Assembly: GCA_045117995.1 (NCBI GenBank)
Contig: JBGUOH010000003.1
Location: 216,994-280,993 of the forward strand
DNA: 64,000 bases
Direction: 5' to 3'
Source of the DNA: Bacilli bacterium
GTDB lineage: Bacteria; Bacillota_I; Bacilli_A; RFN20; CAG-826
A program made the translations under genes and the position numbers. The notes beneath the pieces were generated by a model that saw only the letters and a list, made by a program, of their open reading frames with translations, was not told where the DNA came from and did not search any database. Of this stretch, positions 57,306 to 64,000 are shown in pieces (the first letter of the stretch is position 1; every line of letters begins with the position of its first letter).

Positions 57306-60050
57306 ATGTTTGAAACAAAAAGCTCTAAAGAGGTCTTGCAAGAACTGAATAGTAACGTTGAGCAAGGTCTAACTAGTCAAGAAGCAGGTGAAAGACTCGT
57401 TAAATACGGGTTTAACAAGTTGCCAGAAAAGAAGAAAACTCCGCTTTTTTTAGTTTTCTTATCACAGTTTAATGATCCAATGATCTTTATTCTTTTAGCC
57501 GCGGCTTTATTAAGCGTGGCTATTTCCATCTTTAACACCGTTAAAAACGGTGAATCTTTTGATTTCGCTGATCCAGTTATCATTATGGGTGTCTGTGTCT
57601 TGAACGCGATTATTGGTACAGTTCAAGAAAACAAAGCGGAAAAATCATTAGAGGCTTTAAAGAAAATGTCTTCCCCAACATGTGTGGTGAGAAGAGATGG
57701 TAAACTCGTGGAATTAAAAGCCGAGGAACTTGTTCCTGGTGATATCGTCATCTTAGAAGAAGGTAGAACAATTCCTGCGGATTTACGTTTAATTGAAGCT
57801 ATTAACTTAAAAACCGATGAATCATCCTTAACTGGTGAATCTTTACCAGTTGAGAAAGATGCAAGCATCGTCTTCAGTGACGAAGTCGGTGTTGGTGATA
57901 GAGTCAATATGGCCTATATGTCCACACCTGTGGTGTACGGTCGTGGTGAAGGCGTTGTTGTTTTAACGGGTGGTCAAACTGAAACTGGTAAAATCGCTAA
58001 ACTTTTATCCGAAGGTGAAGATGATACCACTCCACTTCAAAAACAACTCGCTAAGTTATCTAAATTCTTAGGTTTCTTAACCATTGGTATCGTTATCTTA
58101 TTATTCGGTATTCAAATTATTGACTTAGTCAAACAAAACATGAACGCTCCTTTAGGCGCTGATGGATGGCTTGATGGCATTATTGAAAACTTCATGTTCG
58201 CTATTTCATTAGCGGTTGCCGCTGTTCCAGAAGGCTTACCAGCGGTCGTTACTATTGTTTTAGCTTTAGGCGTACAAAAGATGGTCAGAGCCAATACGAT
58301 TGTGAGAAAACTTCCATCCGTTGAAACATTAGGTGCTGTTAGTGTGGTCTGCTCTGATAAGACCGGTACATTAACTCAAAACAAGATGACAGTGGTGAGA
58401 GCCTACTTAAACGAACAACTCGTCGGTGGAGACGAAATCTTCAAAGAAGATTACAAGTTCTTATCCATGGGCTTATCTTTATGTTCTAATGCTTCTGTTG
58501 ATGAAGGCGTATACGGCGATCCAACTGAAATCGCTTTAGTGGAATACGCTAACAAGATGAATCAACATAAAGGTGATTTAGAAAAGATTGCTCCACGTAT
58601 TAATGAATATCCATTTGATTCTGTTCGTAAGATGATGTCCACACAACACACTTATGAAGGTAAAAAGATTATCTTCACCAAAGGTGCTATCGATTCCATC
58701 CTCAGAGTCGCGGACCGTATTTTCATCAATGGTAAAGAAAGAAAAATCACTAAAGAAGATAAAGAAAAAATCATGGCCGCAAGTGATGCGATGGCAGTAG
58801 ATGCCTTACGTGTCTTAGGCCTTGCTTATACATACGCTGATGAACTTAAAGAAGAGAACTTAGTCTTCCTCGGTTTAGTGGGTATGATCGATCCACCAAG
58901 ACCAGAAGCTAAGAATGCTGTTTCCATCTTTAAGAAAGCTGGTATCACAACCATCATGATTACTGGTGACCATAAGACAACCGCCTTAGCGATTGCTAAA
59001 GAATTAGGCATCACTGACGCTGATGGTGAAGCTCTTTCCGGTGAAGAAATTGACACTTTAACTCCAGAACAATTACAAGAAAAAGTAAAGACGGTACATG
59101 TTTTTGCCCGTGTTTCACCAGAAAATAAAGTCCAAATCGTGACCGCTATCCGTAATAACGGTAATATCGCTGCGATGACTGGTGATGGTGTTAATGACGC
59201 ACCAAGCTTAAAAGCTGCTGATATTGGTATTGCCATGGGTATTACCGGTACCGACGTTGCTAAAGGTGCAGCGGATATGGTCTTAACTGATGATAACTTT
59301 GCTTCCATTGAAAAAGCGGTGGAAGAAGGCCGTGGTATTTATACCAACATCAAAAAGACAGTCTTGTTCTTATTAAGCACTAATATCGCTGAAGTCTTAG
59401 CGATGTTTGCGGTTGTCATCATGTCCTTATTCGTTGTTAAGTACAACTTACCAACTCCATTATTAGCCATCCATATCTTATGGGTTAACTTAATTACTGA
59501 CTCCTTACCAGCGGTCGCCTTAGGCGCTGATGAAAAGGAAAGCGGCATTATGGATGATAAGCCACGTAATCCAAAAGAATCATTATTCTCTAAAGGTGGA
59601 TACTTCATCACCTTTGGTTATGGCTTATTAATTACATTAACAACTGTCTTTGCCTTCTTAATGATTCCTATGTTTGAACATGGTTGTACATCTATTGAAG
59701 CTATTGCGGAATTATTCGAAACTAATAAAGACGTCTTAAAACAATCTCAAACCGCAGCATTCTGTGTTTTATCGCTCTCTGAATTATTCCATATGCTCGG
59801 TATGACTTCTCTTAAGAAATCATTCATTCATAACTTCTGGAGCAAGAACTGGTTACTCTGGGTATCCTTCGTTGTGGGTGTCGCTTTACAGATTGCCGTC
59901 GTCAATATTCCAGGTTTAAATAGTTTCTTCTCCTGCTATCCTTTGGATATTACACACTGGGGCATTATCATCGCTTTAAGCGTTGCGCCACTCATTGTGC
60001 ATGAAATTGTTGCCCTTGTTCTCTTTGTAAAGAGAAAAGCTAGTAGATAA
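57306..60050 (+). CDS. Cation-translocating P-type ATPase (P2A, Ca2+/Mn2+ type)
   Basis: TGES, VPEGL, DKTGT, TGDH, TGDGVNDAP, WVNLITD. Confidence 0.95.
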   Translation: MFETKSSKEVLQELNSNVEQGLTSQEAGERLVKYGFNKLPEKKKTPLFLVFLSQFNDPMIFILLAAALLSVAISIFNTVKNGESFDFADPVIIMGVCVLNAIIGTVQENKAEKSLEALKKMSSPTCVVRRDGKLVELKAEELVPGDIVILEEGRTIPADLRLIEAINLKTDESSLTGESLPVEKDASIVFSDEVGVGDRVNMAYMSTPVVYGRGEGVVVLTGGQTETGKIAKLLSEGEDDTTPLQKQLAKLSKFLGFLTIGIVILLFGIQIIDLVKQNMNAPLGADGWLDGIIENFMFAISLAVAAVPEGLPAVVTIVLALGVQKMVRANTIVRKLPSVETLGAVSVVCSDKTGTLTQNKMTVVRAYLNEQLVGGDEIFKEDYKFLSMGLSLCSNASVDEGVYGDPTEIALVEYANKMNQHKGDLEKIAPRINEYPFDSVRKMMSTQHTYEGKKIIFTKGAIDSILRVADRIFINGKERKITKEDKEKIMAASDAMAVDALRVLGLAYTYADELKEENLVFLGLVGMIDPPRPEAKNAVSIFKKAGITTIMITGDHKTTALAIAKELGITDADGEALSGEEIDTLTPEQLQEKVKTVHVFARVSPENKVQIVTAIRNNGNIAAMTGDGVNDAPSLKAADIGIAMGITGTDVAKGAADMVLTDDNFASIEKAVEEGRGIYTNIKKTVLFLLSTNIAEVLAMFAVVIMSLFVVKYNLPTPLLAIHILWVNLITDSLPAVALGADEKESGIMDDKPRNPKESLFSKGGYFITFGYGLLITLTTVFAFLMIPMFEHGCTSIEAIAELFETNKDVLKQSQTAAFCVLSLSELFHMLGMTSLKKSFIHNFWSKNWLLWVSFVVGVALQIAVVNIPGLNSFFSCYPLDITHWGIIIALSVAPLIVHEIVALVLFVKRKASR

Positions 60051-60126
60051 TCCTCTCCACTCTCAGTAGAGTTAATAAATTTTATAGTAGTGTGCTTAAT
60101 TTTTGATAAATCTATATCATTTAAGC

Positions 60127-61647
60127 ATGCAAAACGAAAAACGCATCATTATTATCGGTGGCGGCGTCGCTGGTCTTTCAGCAGGTATCTATGCTGAACA
60201 GCACGGTTTTCACGCTGTCATATTAGAAAAGAACCCAGTCGTGGGTGGTATGTGTGTAGGCTGGAATAGAAAAGGCTATTATCTCGATGGTTGCATTCAC
60301 TGGCTTACTGGTACTAAAGAAGGCACATTCTTAAACGAAATGTGGAAGAATGTCGGTGCTTTCAAAACCCAAGATGATATTTTATATCTCGATAGTTGGG
60401 GTACTTTTGAATATGAAGGTCAATCAGTTACTCTTTGGAGAGACTTAGACCGCGCTGAAAGAGAATGGAAAGAACTATCACCAGTTGATAGTAAGATGAT
60501 TCATAAGTTCTTTAAGATGGTGAGAGACTTCACTAAAGTTGAGTTACCATTAGACTTACCATTATCCATGATTCCATTACATAGAAAGATTGCTTTAGGC
60601 TTAAAGGTTCTTTCTGTTTGGCCAAGCTATTTAGCCACGATGACACAGTCATGCGAACAATTCGCTGCTAAATTCAAATCACCAGTGATTAGATTTGCTT
60701 TAGAAAAAGCTCAAATTGGTGCGGGTAACTTATTCTCCATGATTTATAGCTACGCAACCGTTGTTGCGGGTGATGGTGGTGTCCCAATTGGCGCAAGTAC
60801 ACCAATGGTGGAACGTATGAAAGAAAAGTTCCTCGCTTTAGGTGGTGCTTTAAAAGTGAACGCTAATGTCGATAGCGTCATTATCGAAAATGGTGCCGCT
60901 AAAGGCGTTAAATTAATCAATGGTGAAGAATTTAGAGGCGATTATGTTGTCTCTTGCTTAGACACTAACTACACATTAAAGAGATTGCTTAGAGACCAAT
61001 ATAGATTCCCAGCTTTCCAAAAGAGATTTGATAATCCAAGAAGAAATCCTGCTCCAAGCTGTGTGATGATGCATTTTGCGATCGATAAAAATAGCAATAT
61101 TCCAACACCATATTCCTTCAATTGCGATAAATTCTATTGTGGTGGTTTAACCATTGATCATTTAACAATCCGTAACTACGCCTATGATGAAACATTTACT
61201 AGAGGTGATAAAACCATCCTCTCCGTGATGGTGGATCAAAGTAGTAATGAATATGCCTATTGGAGAAAACTCTCTAAAAATAGACAGTTATATTTAACAA
61301 TGAAAAATGAAATCGCTAACGATGTGAAAACAAGAATCGTGAAGAGATTCCCTAACTTAAAAGATATCGAATTATTAGATGTCTGCACTCCACATACATT
61401 TAATAGATACGTTAATACATCCTATGGTGTTTATATGAGCTTCTTATTTACTAAGAAAGATCCAATGTTCGCTCATAGTGGTAAATTACGCGGCTTAAAG
61501 AATTTCTATCTTTCTGGCCAATGGATGCAAGGTCCTGGTGGTTTACCAATCGCGATGACACAAGGTAAGTTTGCTATTCAAAGAATATGTAAAAGAGAAA
61601 AACTATCCTTTGTTTTCTCTCCAATTCCAGTCAAGAAAAAAGCCTAA
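60127..61647 (+). CDS. FAD-dependent oxidoreductase, phytoene desaturase family
   Basis: IIGGGVAGL, GG...W.RKGY..DGCIHW, LSGQW..PGGLP. Confidence 0.88.
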   Translation: MQNEKRIIIIGGGVAGLSAGIYAEQHGFHAVILEKNPVVGGMCVGWNRKGYYLDGCIHWLTGTKEGTFLNEMWKNVGAFKTQDDILYLDSWGTFEYEGQSVTLWRDLDRAEREWKELSPVDSKMIHKFFKMVRDFTKVELPLDLPLSMIPLHRKIALGLKVLSVWPSYLATMTQSCEQFAAKFKSPVIRFALEKAQIGAGNLFSMIYSYATVVAGDGGVPIGASTPMVERMKEKFLALGGALKVNANVDSVIIENGAAKGVKLINGEEFRGDYVVSCLDTNYTLKRLLRDQYRFPAFQKRFDNPRRNPAPSCVMMHFAIDKNSNIPTPYSFNCDKFYCGGLTIDHLTIRNYAYDETFTRGDKTILSVMVDQSSNEYAYWRKLSKNRQLYLTMKNEIANDVKTRIVKRFPNLKDIELLDVCTPHTFNRYVNTSYGVYMSFLFTKKDPMFAHSGKLRGLKNFYLSGQWMQGPGGLPIAMTQGKFAIQRICKREKLSFVFSPIPVKKKA

Positions 61648-61756
61648 TTTGTTTTGAAAATAACGAAATAAAATGGCTTTTTTAAATTTTAATGAAAAAG
61701 TCTTTTTTATTATGCGAGCATGTGTATAATTTATTCTTGGTTAAGAGGACAACAAT

Positions 61757-62296
61757 ATGGACAACAAAGAATATGAAAATCGTTATCAAGGCACCACAAG
61801 AGTATTAAAAATTGTTGGTTGGATTTTATTAATTGTTGGTATTATTTGCTTTATCACTGGCATAGGTTCATTCTTTGCATCAATGGCTAGCTTTGGATCT
61901 GAGGGTTTTGAAATGCCTAAATTCTTTTTCCTTTGTTTTCTTGGTGGCCCTTTTATAATCGGTGGCATTGTCTGTTTGTCCTTAGGCTATAGAAGAAAAA
62001 TGATGGACTATGCCGCTTCTCAAGCCGCCCCTGTGGCGAAAGATTTCACCAATTATATGCTTGATGAAACTGGCGATTCTATTGCTAATATAGCGAATAA
62101 GATTTCATCAAAGAGAAATGAACCTATCGAAGGAGTAACTGGCAATAAATGCGCTAGATGTGGCTTTGTTAATCCTGCTAATGCTAAATTCTGCTCAAAG
62201 TGTGGTGCACCTATTACTAAAATATGTTCTTATTGTGGGGCTGAAAACGATGATGGAGCGAAATATTGCAATAGTTGTGTCAAGCCTCTTTATTAA
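61757..62296 (+). CDS. Membrane protein with double zinc ribbon
   Basis: 2 TM segments; CARCG..FCSKCG, CSYCG..YCNSC. Confidence 0.82.
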   Translation: MDNKEYENRYQGTTRVLKIVGWILLIVGIICFITGIGSFFASMASFGSEGFEMPKFFFLCFLGGPFIIGGIVCLSLGYRRKMMDYAASQAAPVAKDFTNYMLDETGDSIANIANKISSKRNEPIEGVTGNKCARCGFVNPANAKFCSKCGAPITKICSYCGAENDDGAKYCNSCVKPLY

Positions 62297-62390
62297 TAAA
62301 TAAAACAAAAACTAAGTTTTTTAAAATAAGTATTGAAACTTGTCATAAAAACACATATTATTATTGAGCGACTAAAACGAATTACTACCT

Positions 62391-62467
62391 GCCGACTTGG
62401 CGCAATCTGGTAGCGCAACTGAATCGTAATCAGTGGGTTGCAGGTTCAATTCCTGTAGTCGGCACCA
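62391..62467 (+). tRNA. tRNA-Thr(CGU)
   Basis: ACTGA-ATCGTAA-TCAGT anticodon arm; CCA end. Confidence 0.93.
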
Positions 62468-62475
62468 GCAAAAAT

Positions 62476-62551
62476 GGGTATTTAGCTCAGCTGGGAGAGC
62501 ATCTGTTTGACGTACAGAAGGTCGGCGGTTCGATCCCGTCAGTACCCACCA
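62476..62551 (+). tRNA. tRNA-Val(GAC)
   Basis: TCTGT-TTGACGT-ACAGA anticodon arm; CCA end. Confidence 0.94.
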
Positions 62552-62592
62552 AATTAGTGAATAAGCCCTGATAAAGGGCTTTTTTACAAGAA

Positions 62593-62666
62593 GCACGCGT
62601 AGTTTAGTGGTAGAACTTTAGCTTCCCAAGCTGACCGTGCGGGTTCGATTCCCGTCGCGTGCTCCA
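62593..62666 (+). tRNA. tRNA-Gly(CCC)
   Basis: TTAGC-TTCCCAA-GCTGA anticodon arm; CCA end. Confidence 0.94.
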
Positions 62667-62793
62667 TCTATATAATGAAATTGACCACTTCGGTGGTCTT
62701 TTTTGTGCTTGAACAAAGTTCAAAAAGTTAAGCGTACATGCGTATATTTCCTTTTTATTAAGCAAAAAAAGTAAGAAATATTCTAGAAAAGTA

Positions 62794-62822
62794 TTGACGT
62801 GTATTAATACGATTAGTACACT
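62794..62822 (+). promoter_or_regulatory. Promoter with YtrA-type operator
   Basis: TTGACG-N17-TACACT overlapped by palindrome GTGTATTAAT-ACG-ATTAGTACAC (62799-62821). Confidence 0.75.
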
Positions 62823-62830
62823 ATAGACAT

Positions 62831-63193
62831 ATGAAGCTTCTACCTGGCGTTCCCGCCTATTTACAAATTAAAGATTATTATAAGAACCTCATTGATACTG
62901 GGGCACTTAAGGAAGGTGATTACCTACCTTCCGTTAGAGACACATCATTATTAATCGGTGTGAACCCTAATACAGTTCAAAGGGCCTTTTCAATGCTGAT
63001 TGATTTAGGCTATTTAACGCCTATAAGTGGTAAAGGTAATCGTATTAATAAAGTTGATAACCAAGACGCAAATGATGAATTACATCAATTAATTCAGGAC
63101 ATTAAGTTCAAAGGTTATAGCTTGCAAGAAATTAAGAAAAAAGTCGAAAAAATGATAGAAGAGGAGGAAAAAGAAAATGATCCAAATAAATAA
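62831..63193 (+). CDS. GntR family regulator (YtrA subfamily)
   Basis: PAYLQI, LPSVR, VNPNTVQRAF; short; precedes an ABC ATPase. Confidence 0.92.
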   Translation: MKLLPGVPAYLQIKDYYKNLIDTGALKEGDYLPSVRDTSLLIGVNPNTVQRAFSMLIDLGYLTPISGKGNRINKVDNQDANDELHQLIQDIKFKGYSLQEIKKKVEKMIEEEEKENDPNK

Positions 63194-64000
63194 TGCGACC
63201 AAAAGATTCGATGAAAAAGTCGCAGTTTCTTCCTTATCGTTAGATATTGAAAGTGGTGTCATTGGTCTTGTTGGCCAAAACGGCGCTGGTAAATCTACAC
63301 TCCTTAGAATGATTGCTGGTGTCTATAGAACAGATGAAGGTGAAATCTTAATTGATTCGCTCCCAAGCACATCAAAAAGAAGCAAAGAATTAGTGTTCTT
63401 CCTTCCTGATGATCCATATGCTCCAATTAATAGCGACATCAATTCAGTTAAAGAGTTCTATCAACTCTTTTACTTTGTGGATGAAGACATCTTCGATAAT
63501 CTCATCGATAAATTCAATCTTCCAAGAAGAGTAAAGATCAATAAATTCTCCAAAGGTATGAGGCGTTTATTATTCATCGCTTTATCCTTATCAATTAGTT
63601 GCAGATATCTTCTTTTAGATGAAGCGTTTGATGGCTTAGACCCATTAGTGCTTGAAACAGTTAAAGAACAAATCGTCAGAATCTGCAAAGACAAAGAAAA
63701 AACAGTCGTGGTGTCATCCCATAACGTCACCGCTTTAGAAAAGCTTGTTGATAAGTTCGTCATTATCCATGATGGTCGTTTATCTAATGATGGTGATTTA
63801 GATTCATTAGGTGAAACATTCATTAAATATCAAGCCATCTTTGATAAAGCATGTGATGAAGAAACGCTTTTAGAATTAGGATTTAACGTCCTTTCTTATA
63901 GAAAAGCCGGTTCTATCCATAACTTCGTTATTAATAATAAAGAAAATAAAGATGTTGAGAAGATTCTCTCTACACTCAAACCATCATTGTTAGAAACCGT
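63177..64000 (+). CDS. ABC transporter ATP-binding protein (YtrB-like), truncated by window end
   Basis: MIQINNATKRF...GQNGAGKST, FSKGM, LLDEAFDGLD, SSH; absent from the ORF track because no stop falls in the window. Confidence 0.9.
   Translation, partial: MIQINNATKRFDEKVAVSSLSLDIESGVIGLVGQNGAGKSTLLRMIAGVYRTDEGEILIDSLPSTSKRSKELVFFLPDDPYAPINSDINSVKEFYQLFYFVDEDIFDNLIDKFNLPRRVKINKFSKGMRRLLFIALSLSISCRYLLLDEAFDGLDPLVLETVKEQIVRICKDKEKTVVVSSHNVTALEKLVDKFVIIHDGRLSNDGDLDSLGETFIKYQAIFDKACDEETLLELGFNVLSYRKAGSIHNFVINNKENKDVEKILSTLKPSLLET

Noticed and set aside
62372..62596. 74-aa minus-strand ORF
   Set aside because: Antisense translation of tRNA-Thr and tRNA-Val
63470..63823. 117-aa minus-strand ORF
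   Set aside because: Antisense to the ABC ATPase starting at 63177
1..64000. Alternative genetic code (UGA=Trp or Gly)
   Set aside because: Long genes are intact under code 11, Trp is TGG, and padR ends in a TGA overlapping the next ATG

Overview
Low-GC, code-11 chromosomal window, probably from a gut/rumen Bacilli lineage (inferred from gene content only). It is mostly housekeeping and transport: potABCD, fba, surE, an EF-G paralog, MscL, a P-type ATPase under a yybP-ykoY riboswitch, a GH36 sugar locus, ABC exporters and 9 tRNAs. Two IS200/IS605 elements (TnpA+TnpB and solo TnpB) have ends that can be placed from their hairpins. The best candidate for an undescribed system is 24149-34707: a c-di-GMP-I-like riboswitch with two alternative 3' arms either side of a nested terminator, leading a 10-kb operon of two AWF-signal (SipW/TasA-type) secreted proteins, a GLUG-like protein and a 1636-aa BspA-type LRR protein. 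Other notable items are a Fic gene inside nested direct repeats that include a tRNA-His fragment, and a non-canonical Fic apparently co-transcribed with a His-less EF-G2. There is also a tandem orphan hairpin sRNA pair beside the first IS and a dispersed 14-bp intergenic motif. Family calls come from motif recognition; no database searches were run.
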